The position numbers and the translations under genes are program-made. The notes beneath the pieces were generated by a model. It did not search any database. It worked only from the letters and a program-made list of their open reading frames with translations, and was not told the origin of the DNA. This document shows positions 1-9,857 of a stretch of 64,000 nucleotides of DNA, piece by piece. Within the stretch, counting starts at the first letter, position 1. The number at the start of each line of letters is the position of its first letter. This stretch comes from Candidatus Eiseniibacteriota bacterium. GTDB lineage: Bacteria > Eisenbacteria > RBG-16-71-46 > SZUA-252. The stretch is taken from contig OY969801.1 in the NCBI GenBank assembly GCA_963703225.1, positions 1,312,001 to 1,376,000 of the forward strand, written 5' to 3'.

Positions 1-2250
1 GCCGCGTCGGTCTCCCCTTCGGGGCTCGAGTACGTCTATATATCCGATCGGAGCATGTACAACGACGTCTATCTCGCTTCCGCGCTCGACGGCAAGCCGA
101 TCAAGAAACTGATCGCGGGGGAGCGGACCGGCAGCTTCGAGACGCTTCGCTTCTTCAACACGTCGATCGCGTGGTCCCCGGACGAGAAGCAGATCGCGAT
201 TCCCGCCAAGGTGGGGGGTGAGGACGCGCTGTATGTGGTCGACGTCCCCTCGGGGAAGGTGGCGAAGAAGTTCCGGTTCGGGCTCGACGCGATCTACTCT
301 CCCACCTGGTCGCACGATGGAAAGCGGTTCGCGTTCGTCGGACTGAAGCAAGGACGGTCGGCGCTCTTCCTGGTCGACGTGAGTGGAAAGAACCTCCGGC
401 CGCTCCTGACGGGACGCTACGCGGTTCGCGATCCGGTCTGGTCGCCCGACGACTCTCAGATCGCCTTCGCGACCGATGAGGGGGAAGGAACCGACGTCAA
501 CAAGCTCATCTTCGCGCCGCTTCGCCTGGCGATCCTCAACGTGACGACCGGCCAGGTCACGGTGCCGCCGGGCCAGAATGGCATGAACATCTCACCGCAA
601 TGGTCCCCCGACTCCCGATCGCTCCTTTTCGTGTCCGATCGAACCGGGATCTCCAACATTTACCGGATGGATCTCGCGACCGGCGAGAGCGTCCGGCTGA
701 CCGATCTCTTGACCGGTGTCTCGGGCCTGGTGCCCGAGAGCCCGTGCCTCTCCCTCTCCAAGGACGGCAAGCGCCTCCTGTTCACGGCGTTCATGCGAGG
801 CGGGTGGGACGTCTATTCGGTCCGGGATCCGCTCAAGTTCCTCGAGAAGCCGCCCATCGTGGAGGCGGCGCCGCGCATCGCCGCGACCTCGCTGGCTCCT
901 CTCGGGACGCGGGTCGAGGCGAGCATCGCCGCGAGCGATCCCCCTCCGCCGCTCGCCCACGCTGAGCCGGAGAGCGTCGCGACCGTTCCGCCGTCGGATG
1001 GAGGAGGCGCCGCTTTCATCCGCGCCGCCGAGCCGGTCCCCACCGGATCGCCGGGACTCGTCGCCGACAGCACGGCGGCACCGCATCCGCTGGAGAGCGC
1101 GCTCCACAGCACCGCCTCGAACGAGGCGCCACCGCCCGACTCGACCTTGAGCGACTACGTCCAGGAGGTCTACCGGGAGCCGCTCGCCGACAGCACGACG
1201 TTTCAGCACATTCCCTACCGAGCCACATTCAGCCGCGACTACTTCGCGGGCGGGGCGGTCGTGGCGTCGAACGTCGGCTTCGCCGGATCGAGCGTCATCT
1301 CGTTCAGCGATCTGCTCGGGAACTACAACATTCTCGCCGTGCTGAACCTCTACGGAAACCTGAGCGACTCGGACGTCTACATCGCGTATACAAACCTGTC
1401 GCGGCGCACGAACTACGGGCTGGCCGTCTTCCAGTATCAGAAAGACCTGCTCCTCTTCTCGACGCCATCGAGCGACGATCTCCAGAACCAGATCCACCGG
1501 GGCGCGTCGTTCTTCTTCTCGCGGCCGTTCACGCGGTTTCGAAGGATCGAGTACGGCATCCAGGCCGCGGTCGTCGACCAGCGGGTCATCCGCTACAACT
1601 ACAACTTGGGATCGGTCTCTCAAATCAGCGAGCAGGGAAACTACTTTTACGTGGCTCCCAACATTGGGCTGGTCGCGGACAACACCCTCTACGGATCGAC
1701 CGGCCCCATCAACGGCGGCCGGTCCCGGTACACGGTCGAGCACGCCATGGGCGGCGTGACCTACACCACCGCGATCTACGATTGGCGTCGGTACACCAAC
1801 CTGGCCCGCCGGTTCACGCTCGCGCAGCGCATCCTCGGGGGCGGCAGCTTCGGCCAGGATCCTCAGTATTTCCGCTTTGGCGGCGCGTTCACGTATCGCG
1901 GCCTGGATTACGGCGATCTGGTGGGGACCCGGGCGTTCATCGGCAACCTCGAGTTTCGCTTCCCGCTCATCGAGCAGCTCCGGACGGGCTTCCCGCTCAC
2001 GCTCTCTTTGGGCGGCGTCAACGGGGTGCTCTTCCTGGACGGCGCGTCCGCTTGGAACGCGGACGCCGACCCCGTGTTCTTCTCGAACAAGGGCGGACTC
2101 CACACGCAAAGCTTCCGGCTCGCGTTCGGGTTCGGCGCGCGGATCAACCTGGGCTACTTCATCATCCGTTACGATTACGCGCGGGAGCACCGGATCAACG
2201 GCGGGCTGAGCGAGCCGCGCCACTTCTTCGCCTTCGGCCCCGAGTTCTGA
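1..2250 (+). CDS. TolB-like (PD40/WD40) beta-propeller fused to an Omp85/BamA-type C-terminal barrel, 5' partial
   Basis: Frame is open from base 1. Repeated 'P.WSPD' propeller motifs, a Pro/Ala-rich linker, then a beta-strand-rich barrel with FRFGG...YRG and GNLEFRFP motifs and a C-terminal FFAFGPEF beta-signal. Confidence 0.8.
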   Translation, partial: AASVSPSGLEYVYISDRSMYNDVYLASALDGKPIKKLIAGERTGSFETLRFFNTSIAWSPDEKQIAIPAKVGGEDALYVVDVPSGKVAKKFRFGLDAIYSPTWSHDGKRFAFVGLKQGRSALFLVDVSGKNLRPLLTGRYAVRDPVWSPDDSQIAFATDEGEGTDVNKLIFAPLRLAILNVTTGQVTVPPGQNGMNISPQWSPDSRSLLFVSDRTGISNIYRMDLATGESVRLTDLLTGVSGLVPESPCLSLSKDGKRLLFTAFMRGGWDVYSVRDPLKFLEKPPIVEAAPRIAATSLAPLGTRVEASIAASDPPPPLAHAEPESVATVPPSDGGGAAFIRAAEPVPTGSPGLVADSTAAPHPLESALHSTASNEAPPPDSTLSDYVQEVYREPLADSTTFQHIPYRATFSRDYFAGGAVVASNVGFAGSSVISFSDLLGNYNILAVLNLYGNLSDSDVYIAYTNLSRRTNYGLAVFQYQKDLLLFSTPSSDDLQNQIHRGASFFFSRPFTRFRRIEYGIQAAVVDQRVIRYNYNLGSVSQISEQGNYFYVAPNIGLVADNTLYGSTGPINGGRSRYTVEHAMGGVTYTTAIYDWRRYTNLARRFTLAQRILGGGSFGQDPQYFRFGGAFTYRGLDYGDLVGTRAFIGNLEFRFPLIEQLRTGFPLTLSLGGVNGVLFLDGASAWNADADPVFFSNKGGLHTQSFRLAFGFGARINLGYFIIRYDYAREHRINGGLSEPRHFFAFGPEF

Positions 2251-2259
2251 TCCGACGAG

Positions 2260-2865
2260 GTGATCCTCTTCGCCTGGGACGTCTCGCTCTTCAACGCCAT
2301 CCATCACGGCCTCCATCACGCGGCGCTCGATCCGGTGATGATGGCGCTCACCGATCCCGGACGCTGGAAGATCCCGATCCTGATCGCGGCGGGGAGCACC
2401 TTCCTGACGCAGCGGCTTCGCGGGGTGATCGCGCTTCTCGTGCTGGCCGCCACGCTCGCGGGATCCGATCAGCTGAGCGCCAGGGTGATCAAGCCTCTGG
2501 TGCATCGGCCCCGCCCCTCGGTCGTGCTCGCCGACTCCCGACCTCTCTTCGGGGTGCGCCGCTCGTTCGCGTTCCCGTCGGTCCACGCGGTCAATTTCTC
2601 AGCCGCCGTTCCCATCGTGGCGACGGTGTTCCCGCCGGCGACGATTCCGTGCGCGACGCTCGCGGCGCTGGTCTGCTTCTCGAGGGTCTACGTCGGGGAC
2701 CACTGGCCATCGGACGTAGTCGCCGGAGCGCTGCTGGGTTTTTGCCTGGGCCTACTGGGACGCAAGGCGTTTCTCCGACTCGAGGAGAATGCGAAACGGT
2801 GGAGAACGCGGCCCGTCAGCGTCCCGGAGGCCGGAGCTGGAGAAACGCCCAGTGGCGGCCCGTGA
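2260..2865 (+). CDS. PAP2-family membrane phosphatase
   Basis: C1 KPLVHRPRP, C2 FPSVH (PSGH variant) and C3 SRVYVGDHWPSD motifs, with hydrophobic helices. Confidence 0.9.
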   Translation: MILFAWDVSLFNAIHHGLHHAALDPVMMALTDPGRWKIPILIAAGSTFLTQRLRGVIALLVLAATLAGSDQLSARVIKPLVHRPRPSVVLADSRPLFGVRRSFAFPSVHAVNFSAAVPIVATVFPPATIPCATLAALVCFSRVYVGDHWPSDVVAGALLGFCLGLLGRKAFLRLEENAKRWRTRPVSVPEAGAGETPSGGP

Positions 2866-3586
2866 CTCCTCGGTCCCGCCGGTGCGAGTAGTACGAGTCG
2901 ACGCCGCACGAGGTACACTCGGACGCGCGATGAATGCTCCCGCGCGGGACGCCTGCCTCGGTCAGCGCCGTCACGATCGCCTCGGGAAGATCGAGTGACG
3001 GCCGGCCGCTGGGGTGCGGTCTGAGAAGCCTTGCGTCGAATTCCGCGGCGACCTCGGGGCCGATCGGAAAGCAGCAGGGCATGAGGCAGGGCCCGATCGC
3101 CGCCCGGAGCAATTCCGGAAGGGCACCTTCCCCGGCGAGCCGCGCGACGGCATGGGCGGCGATTCGCTCCCTGGCGCCGCGCCAACCGCAGTGGAGGAGC
3201 GCGCCCCTGGAACCGTCGGCCGAGACGATCGCGACCGGCGCGCAATCGGCAGCCGAGACAGCCACCCAAGGGTCGCCCGCCCGCACGATGAACCCATCCG
3301 CCTCGCACGGGGCATCCTTCGGCTCGACCAGCACCCGTCCGTGGACCTGATGGAGCCGACGGGGGCCACCTTCCTCGACCCCGACATGAGCGGCGAGCCG
3401 GCGGCGGTTCTCGAGCACGGCCGCCTCCTCGTCGCCGACGCCCAGACCGAGATTGAGCGAGGCGTAGGGGCCTCGGCTCACCCCTCCTCGACGCCGCGCG
3501 AGCCCGAACCGCGCGGCGGGCGGGAGCGCTCCGGACGCCGGCTCCCAGATCGAGATCTCCTCGCGGACCGTTCCGGATCGGAGCAT
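2816..3586 (-). CDS. pgeF: PgeF/YfiH-family (laccase-domain) protein
   Basis: RRGGVS..PYASLNLG, HQVHG, ADCAP, HCGWRG and YYSHRR motifs. ATG at 3586 is preferred over the ORF-track start. Confidence 0.88.
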   Translation of the reverse strand: MLRSGTVREEISIWEPASGALPPAARFGLARRRGGVSRGPYASLNLGLGVGDEEAAVLENRRRLAAHVGVEEGGPRRLHQVHGRVLVEPKDAPCEADGFIVRAGDPWVAVSAADCAPVAIVSADGSRGALLHCGWRGARERIAAHAVARLAGEGALPELLRAAIGPCLMPCCFPIGPEVAAEFDARLLRPHPSGRPSLDLPEAIVTALTEAGVPRGSIHRASECTSCGVDSYYSHRRDRGVTGRHWAFLQLRPPGR

Positions 3587-3616
3587 GGCGCGCAGAGTGC
3601 CCTCCGCGCGTGGGCG

Positions 3617-4414
3617 GTGCAAGCGCTATGCGTATGGATCACCGTCGCGGGCTGCGCGCACGCTCCGCCGGTCTCGTCGGGCGCCGAGGCGCGGGGCCGC
3701 TTCCTCGAATCGTTTGCCCGAGGGGACTCCCCGACCCGCGGCGCCGGGATGCTCTCGATCGAGCGCGGGAAGTCGGGGCGGAAGGGACTCAACACGAGCT
3801 GGGCCGCGGTCGCGGAGAGCTTGGTGATGGCGGCCTACGTCGGCCCGATCCGGACGCTCGACGGGTCGATCCTCGGCGATTCCCTCTACTTGGCGATGCG
3901 GCCCTACGATCTGGGCCTCGCGGGCGTGATACCCCCGGAGGAAGGTCTCGGCGCCCGCGGCCTTCTGTTTCTCGCCCGCCCGTGGGCGTTCGGGGCGCCG
4001 TGGATCCGCGAAGCGCTGGAGCATGCCTCGGTGACGCCGGGGCCGGACGGCTGGCGTCTCGCGGGCACGCTCGAGAACGTGGGGGCCTCGCAGCCCTTCG
4101 TGCTCGAGCTGAGCCGAAAATCAGACCCGCAGCGCCTGCGGGTGGGGCGCGCCGAAGATCCGGAGACCTTGATCGAGATTCGGTACGGGCCACCGCGGCG
4201 GTACCCCGATGGGAGGATTCCCCGGTGGATCGAGTGGACCCGCGGCGACACGCGGCTTCGGCTGGAGATCGAAGACCACGCGCGCGCCAGGCCATCCCAG
4301 CTTCGTCACCCGCCGCCGGCGAAGGAAGAGTGGACGATCCTCGCGCTGGACGATCCCAAGGGCCGCGATCTGCTCCGCCGCCTGCTTGGGATCGGGGAGG
4401 GATCGCAGCCATGA
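3617..4414 (+). CDS. Putative lipoprotein, possibly LolB/DUF4292-like
   Basis: Hydrophobic stretch ending in the lipobox VAG-C, followed by a beta-rich body. Its stop overlaps the next ATG (ATGA). Start (GTG 3617) is approximate. Confidence 0.55.
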   Translation: MQALCVWITVAGCAHAPPVSSGAEARGRFLESFARGDSPTRGAGMLSIERGKSGRKGLNTSWAAVAESLVMAAYVGPIRTLDGSILGDSLYLAMRPYDLGLAGVIPPEEGLGARGLLFLARPWAFGAPWIREALEHASVTPGPDGWRLAGTLENVGASQPFVLELSRKSDPQRLRVGRAEDPETLIEIRYGPPRRYPDGRIPRWIEWTRGDTRLRLEIEDHARARPSQLRHPPPAKEEWTILALDDPKGRDLLRRLLGIGEGSQP

Positions 4415-5103
4415 GGACGTCTTGGCCGGCGGCCATTGGGGCGGGGCTCCTCCTCGCCGCGGCCGTTGGGCCCACCTGGGGCGCCGATCCCGACGAGGTG
4501 GTGCACGCGATGCTTCGCCGGGTCGTCACGGCGCCCGAGGTGACGTCGCGCGTCATCCTCGAGAGAAGCGATCCCTTCGGCGGTCCGCCCGATCGGGAGC
4601 GAGGGCGTCTCTGGTATCTGCCCGGCCAGGGGCTCCGGTACCGCTCGGAGAAGAAGAACGGCCAGGATTTTCTGATCGATAAGGCCCAGGAGTCATTTCT
4701 TCTCTACAGCCCATCGGAAGCGGTCCTCTACCGGGCTCCCTTCGCTCGCGCGCCGGTCAAGCTCCGCCGCCTCATCGTCGAGCCGGAGCGGATTCTCGAG
4801 AAGGAACTCCACTCGACGGCGGAGCGACGATGGATCCACGGCGCGCGGCGGGAAGGCTATCGACTGCGATCCGCGTCGTTGGGCGATTCGCTGGGCGAGG
4901 TCACGACGTGGATCGCGGCCGATCCCACGACAGGTCTCCCGCGATGGATCGCGGTGGATTCGGAAGCGGAATCGGTGCTCGTGGAGCTGGAGGGGCTCAC
5001 CGTCAAGCGGACGGCGAAACCGCGCGATCTCGCGTTGAGCGCGCCGCCGGGCACGCGGGAAGAGCCGCTCGATCCGCGAGAGCTCCTGGGCGAGGAGAGG
5101 TAG
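4411..5103 (+). CDS. LolA-like periplasmic lipoprotein carrier
   Basis: Signal peptide, then RGRLWYLPGQGLRYR...QDFLID...LLYSP, resembling the LolA G-x-L-x-x-x-x-P-G-x-x-R and W-x-Y-x-P pattern. Confidence 0.65.
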   Translation: MRTSWPAAIGAGLLLAAAVGPTWGADPDEVVHAMLRRVVTAPEVTSRVILERSDPFGGPPDRERGRLWYLPGQGLRYRSEKKNGQDFLIDKAQESFLLYSPSEAVLYRAPFARAPVKLRRLIVEPERILEKELHSTAERRWIHGARREGYRLRSASLGDSLGEVTTWIAADPTTGLPRWIAVDSEAESVLVELEGLTVKRTAKPRDLALSAPPGTREEPLDPRELLGEER

Positions 5104-5118
5104 AGAGGGGGAATCCCG

Positions 5119-5147
5119 TTGACGGCCCTGCGGGCCGCTGCTAGGGT
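5119..5147 (+). promoter_or_regulatory. sigma70-type promoter
   Basis: TTGACG-N17-TAGGGT with an extended TG, upstream of the histidine kinase. Confidence 0.55.
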
Positions 5148-5194
5148 CGGGCCGTGACCATGGAAGGTCGTGCCCCGGCACGCCCGACGGCGAC

Positions 5195-6604
5195 ATGAGA
5201 CCGGGGCTGGTCGCCTACGTCGCGGTGGTTGGAGCGGCGGGCGGAGCGCTCCTCGCGCTCTCATTCGGCGAATTTTGGTCCCTCGGCTGGATGAACATCA
5301 CGGCCTGGATCGCCGTCAGTCTCCTCGCCGAAAGCCTCTGGCTCCCGACCGTCACCGGGAAGGCGATGGAGAGCATGGCCTCCACCGTCGACATCAGCCT
5401 CCTCATCCTCCTCGGCTTTCAGCCATCGATCTGGATCGTGGCGATCGCGTTCACCCTGGCGAACGTCTTCTTCTCGCGCCGCGTCTGGTACAAGGCGCTG
5501 TTCAACGCCGGGCAGAACGTCCTCACGCTCGCGGCGGCGGGAGCCGCGTTCGCCGCCCTCGGGGGCGCGCCGCTCGCGTTGAAGGGGCTCACGGCGCTCT
5601 CCGGCTCGACGATGCTCCTTCCATGGGTCGGCGCGATCGTCGCCTACTTTCTTGTGAACACGCTGCTCGTCTCGGCGGCCGTCGCGCTCGATTCGGGCCG
5701 GAAGCTCTTCCGGACCTGGCGCGAGGAGTACTTCTACTCCAACTCGCTCCTCGGGTCGGTGGCGCTCTTCTTCCTGTCGCCGCTGGTCGTCGTCTCCTAC
5801 CTGGCGGTCGGCTACTTTGGCCTGATCTTCTTCTTCGTGCCGCTCCTCTTGATCAAGGAAGCGGGCGCCCGCTATATCGCGCTGGAGAAGGCAAAGGACG
5901 AGCTGATCTCCTCCGAGCGCCTCGCGGCGAAGGGTGAAATGGCCGCCGAGGTGGCCCACGAGCTGAACAATTACCTGGCGGCCATCTCGGGCCGGGCGCA
6001 GCTGCTATTGATGAACGCGGCCGGGGCGGCGCCGGCCGACCGGATGAAGGAGAGCGCGCGGATCATCTTCGAGCAGGCGAGCAACATGGGCGTCCTGGTC
6101 AAAGGGCTGCTCGATTTCTCCCACAAGGGAGTCCGGAAGCAGCCGACGCGGCTCAACGAGGTGGTCCGCCGGACGGTCGAGTTCATCGTGCCGCAGAACA
6201 AGTACGAGCAGGTCGCGTTCGATCTCGATCTCGCCGGGGACCTGCCGGAGCTGAACCTGGACCCCGCCCAGATCCAGCAGGTGCTGCTCAATCTCTTCAG
6301 CAACGCGGCCGACGCCATGCGCACCAACGAGTCGAAAGAGCGCCGCATCGCGGTGCACACGCGGTTCCGCGCGGGCGGGCGGGAGGTGGAGCTGGCGGTG
6401 GAAGACACAGGGCCCGGCATTCCGGCGACCGCGCTCACCCGCCTGTTCGAGCCATCCTTCACCACGAAGCCCGAGGGGCACGGCTTTGGGCTCTCGACCT
6501 GTTACCGGATCATCCAAAACCACGGCGGGCGGATCGCGGCGGAGAATATGTCCCGGACGGGCGCGCGATTCACCGTGGTGTTGCCGACCGAAAACGGGGC
6601 TTAG
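5195..6604 (+). CDS. Membrane sensor histidine kinase (multi-TM MASE-like input, HisKA, HATPase_c)
   Basis: About 7 TM segments, H-box EVAHELNNYL, N-box NLFSNAADA, G1 DTGPGI, F-box FEPSFTTK, G2 GHGFGLS. Confidence 0.92.
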   Translation: MRPGLVAYVAVVGAAGGALLALSFGEFWSLGWMNITAWIAVSLLAESLWLPTVTGKAMESMASTVDISLLILLGFQPSIWIVAIAFTLANVFFSRRVWYKALFNAGQNVLTLAAAGAAFAALGGAPLALKGLTALSGSTMLLPWVGAIVAYFLVNTLLVSAAVALDSGRKLFRTWREEYFYSNSLLGSVALFFLSPLVVVSYLAVGYFGLIFFFVPLLLIKEAGARYIALEKAKDELISSERLAAKGEMAAEVAHELNNYLAAISGRAQLLLMNAAGAAPADRMKESARIIFEQASNMGVLVKGLLDFSHKGVRKQPTRLNEVVRRTVEFIVPQNKYEQVAFDLDLAGDLPELNLDPAQIQQVLLNLFSNAADAMRTNESKERRIAVHTRFRAGGREVELAVEDTGPGIPATALTRLFEPSFTTKPEGHGFGLSTCYRIIQNHGGRIAAENMSRTGARFTVVLPTENGA

Positions 6605-7018
6605 CTACCGGTCGATCGCCGCGACGACCGCGACGCCGGCCACGGCGCCCAGGATGTCCGCTGCCAAGTCCTTCCAGCTCGCGCCCCGTCCCGCGCGCTT
6701 CGGCTTCAGCGTCGCGTCGTAGACTTCCTTGAGAACTCCGAGACCCACGGCGCCGGCCAAGCTCTTTCCTTGCGTCCTCCCCGTGATCCGGAGAGAGGCC
6801 GCGATCGCCAGCGATCCGGTGAAGTGGAGCTGCTTGTCGGCGGCGACCCAGCTCCCCTGCGCGGAGGCGGGGAGGAAGAGCGGGTCGGCGAGGGCGCGGG
6901 TCCCGCCGGCCGCGCACGCGAGGATGGACGCGAGCAAGACGAAGGCGGCGCGGGAGGCTCTCGACGTCGGTCGGGGGAGCACGGGCGCGAGCGTAGGCGC
7001 TCGCCGCCCGCGGCGCAA
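6605..7018 (-). CDS. Small YfiM/DUF2279-like membrane protein
   Basis: DKQLHF...GVLKEVYD...ASWKDLAADILG pattern. Start uncertain. Confidence 0.6.
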   Translation of the reverse strand: MRRGRRAPTLAPVLPRPTSRASRAAFVLLASILACAAGGTRALADPLFLPASAQGSWVAADKQLHFTGSLAIAASLRITGRTQGKSLAGAVGLGVLKEVYDATLKPKRAGRGASWKDLAADILGAVAGVAVVAAIDR

Positions 7019-7046
7019 CCGGCCGCGTCTGGTACCATCAGGGGCG

Positions 7047-8429
7047 ATGACGCTCCGCGAGCTCGATTCGACGCGAGTCCCTTCCGCGATCTCGCAGCTC
7101 CTCCGGCGGCTCCAGGGTGCTGGCCACCCGGCCTACCTCGTCGGCGGATCGGTCCGGGATCTGATCCGCGGCGTCCCGGTCTCGGATTGGGACGTCGCCA
7201 CCGGGGCGCGGCCCGAGAAGATGGTCGAGCTCTTTCCGTCAGCGATCCCGACCGGGATCAAGCATGGGACCATCACGGTCCTGACGCCGGTCGGTCCGTG
7301 CGAGGTGACGACGTTTCGGATCGAGCACGGGTACAGCGACGCGCGGAGGCCCGACCGTGTCGAGTTCGTGACCGACGTCGAGGCCGATCTCTCCCGGCGC
7401 GATTTCACGGTGAACGCGATCGCGTGGGATCCGGAGTCGGGCCGCGAGGTCGATCCGTTCGGTGGGCGCGCCGATCTGCGGGCGAAGCGGATCCGCGCCG
7501 TGGGGAACCCGGTCGAGCGAATCGCCGAGGACGGGCTTCGGGCGGTGCGGGCGGCCCGATTCGCGGCGACGCTCGAATTCGACGTGGAGCCGGCGACATT
7601 CGAGGCGCTCGCGGAAGCCAAAGAGGCGGTCGCGCGGGTCGCCGCCGAGCGCATCCGAGACGAGTTGACCAAGCTCCTGGCCGCGCCCCGCCCGTCGCTC
7701 GGCTTCGAGGTGCTCCGGCGATCGGGCCTGCTCGGGGACCTGCTCCCCGAGCTCCAAGCCTGCGTGGCGGTGCCGCAGAATCGCTACCACGCCTACGACG
7801 TTTACTATCACACGCTCTACGCGGTGGACGCCGCGCCCGCGGGGAAGCCGGTGGTGCGGCTCGCCGCGCTCTTTCACGACGTGGGGAAGCCGCTGACGCG
7901 GGTGGAGCGGGAGAATGGCGACGCCACGTTTTACAATCACCAATTCGAGAGCGCGCGACTGGCGGAGGAGGCGATGTCCCGTCTTCGGTACGGCCGCGAC
8001 ATGATCGATCGCGTGGCCCACCTGGTCGGCCACCACATGTTCGACTACAAACCGGAGTGGAGCGACGCGGCGGTACGCAGATTTGTGCAGAGGGTGGGGG
8101 TGGACCACATCGCCGATCTATTCGATCTCCGGATCGCGGACAACGTGGGCAATGGACTGAAGAGCGGATTTCCTCACTATCTCGAAGAATTCCGCACCCG
8201 GATCGACGGCGTGCTGGCGGCGCGTCAGGCGCTCACGCTGCAAGACCTCGATGTGAACGGCCAGGACGTGATGCGGGAGCTTCGGATCGATCCGGGTCCC
8301 AAGGTGGGAGAGGTGCTGGATTGGCTTCTGGAGCAGGTGGTGGAGGAGCCCTCGCTGAACGAGCGTCGCCGCCTGCTTCGCCGGGCGCGCGAGGCCTTTT
8401 CGATTGACAGGCGGGGTGCCGGCGCATAG
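7047..8429 (+). CDS. cca: CCA-type tRNA nucleotidyltransferase with HD domain
   Basis: LVGGSVRD..DWDVAT, RRDFTVNA and EDGLR motifs plus HD domain LFHDVGK. ATG at 7047. Confidence 0.9.
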   Translation: MTLRELDSTRVPSAISQLLRRLQGAGHPAYLVGGSVRDLIRGVPVSDWDVATGARPEKMVELFPSAIPTGIKHGTITVLTPVGPCEVTTFRIEHGYSDARRPDRVEFVTDVEADLSRRDFTVNAIAWDPESGREVDPFGGRADLRAKRIRAVGNPVERIAEDGLRAVRAARFAATLEFDVEPATFEALAEAKEAVARVAAERIRDELTKLLAAPRPSLGFEVLRRSGLLGDLLPELQACVAVPQNRYHAYDVYYHTLYAVDAAPAGKPVVRLAALFHDVGKPLTRVERENGDATFYNHQFESARLAEEAMSRLRYGRDMIDRVAHLVGHHMFDYKPEWSDAAVRRFVQRVGVDHIADLFDLRIADNVGNGLKSGFPHYLEEFRTRIDGVLAARQALTLQDLDVNGQDVMRELRIDPGPKVGEVLDWLLEQVVEEPSLNERRRLLRRAREAFSIDRRGAGA

Positions 8430-8432
8430 GCT
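8404..8432 (+). promoter_or_regulatory. sigma70-type promoter inside the cca 3' end
   Basis: TTGACA-N17-TAGGCT, upstream of the polyprenyl synthetase-rsfS-argS genes. Confidence 0.6.
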
Positions 8433-8472
8433 ATCGGGCCGTCAATGTAGGACTTCCAGCGTTAGGAGCCAC

Positions 8473-9492
8473 TTGGCCGCGACCAGGCAAAGTCGACAGC
8501 TGATCCCCGTCGAGGAGCCCACGCTCGAGACAATCCGTGGGCCGGTTCAAGACGCGTTCGAGCGGTTCCAGGAGCGTCTCGACGAGGCGTTCTTCTGTGA
8601 CGTGCGCCTCGTCGGCGCGGTTGGCGCGCACCTCCATCGCGCGTTCGGCAAGCGGTTCCGCCCCACCCTGCTGCTCCTCACGTCCAAGGCTTTCGGTACG
8701 GTAACCGAGGAAGCGCTTCTCGGGGCCGTGGTCGTCGAGCTGATCCACACGGCGACTCTGATCCACGACGACAGCGTGGACAAGAGCCTCGTCCGCCGCA
8801 ATCTCCCGACGGTGAACAGCGCGTGGAACAACGACGTCGCGATTCTCATGGGCGACTATCTCTATTCCAAGGCGTTCTCGATCCTCGTGAGGAGCCGCAT
8901 GTACGGCGCCATGGATCTTCTCGCGGAGGCGACCCACCGGATGAGCCAGGGCGAGCTTCGCCAGATCGAGCAGAAAAATCGCATCGATCTGACCGAAGGC
9001 GAGTACATGCGGGTCATCGAGGAGAAGACGGCGTGTCTCATGGCGGCCGGCTGCGAGCTGGGAGCCCTCGAAGCCGGGGCCGACCGCGAGGCGCAGCGCG
9101 CGCTCGGCCGCTTCGGGCACGCGGTGGGACTCGCGTTCCAGATCACGGACGATCTGTTCGACTATCTCGGAGCCCAGAGCGTGACCGGGAAGGCGATGGG
9201 GAACGATCTCGAGGGGGGCAAGATCACGCTCCCGTTGATCAACGCGCTCCAGAACGCTTCGGAACGCGACCGTCGCGGCATGGTCGAGCTGATCCGGAAT
9301 CAGGAATTTCGGAACGGCCATTGGGCTGACGTGGTCCGATTCGTGACCGAGAACGGCGGCGTTTCCTATAGCCAGGCGCGATCCGACGAGCTGGCCGACC
9401 GGGCCGAGGCGGAGCTGCGCCACGTTCCCGACACGGACGCGCGCGAGTCGCTCCGCGACGCCGTCCGCTACGCGGTCACGCGGCATCGGTGA
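8473..9492 (+). CDS. ispB: Polyprenyl (octaprenyl-type) diphosphate synthase
   Basis: GKRFRP, FARM LIHDDSVD..RR, SARM FQITDDLFD, GKITLP. TTG start with AGGAG RBS. Confidence 0.9.
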   Translation: MAATRQSRQLIPVEEPTLETIRGPVQDAFERFQERLDEAFFCDVRLVGAVGAHLHRAFGKRFRPTLLLLTSKAFGTVTEEALLGAVVVELIHTATLIHDDSVDKSLVRRNLPTVNSAWNNDVAILMGDYLYSKAFSILVRSRMYGAMDLLAEATHRMSQGELRQIEQKNRIDLTEGEYMRVIEEKTACLMAAGCELGALEAGADREAQRALGRFGHAVGLAFQITDDLFDYLGAQSVTGKAMGNDLEGGKITLPLINALQNASERDRRGMVELIRNQEFRNGHWADVVRFVTENGGVSYSQARSDELADRAEAELRHVPDTDARESLRDAVRYAVTRHR

Positions 9493-9857
9493 ACGCGCCC
9501 TCCCTGGCCGCCCCCACGCCACACGAGCTCGCGCGCGAAGCCGCCCGCCTCACCCTGACCCGGCGCGCGGAAGACGTCCTGATCCTTGATCTGCGCGAGC
9601 TCGACGGGGTCTGCGACTACTTCGTCCTGGCGACCGGCCACTCGGAGATCCAGGTCCGAGCCATCGCCGACGCCGTCGACATGGGGCTGCGGGAGCGCGG
9701 GCTCAGGCCCTGGCATTCGGAGGGGTTTGAGGCGCGCCGGTGGATCCTCCTCGACTACGTCGACTTCGTGGTGCATGTCTTCCACGCGCGCGCCCGCGAG
9801 TACTACCTCCTCGACAAGCTCTGGGGGGACGCCGTTCGTGAAGTCGTGGCCGATTGA
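9489..9857 (+). CDS. rsfS: Ribosome silencing factor
   Basis: DYFVLATG, WILLDYVDFVVHVF, REYYLLDKLWGD. Confidence 0.95.
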   Translation: MNAPSLAAPTPHELAREAARLTLTRRAEDVLILDLRELDGVCDYFVLATGHSEIQVRAIADAVDMGLRERGLRPWHSEGFEARRWILLDYVDFVVHVFHARAREYYLLDKLWGDAVREVVAD

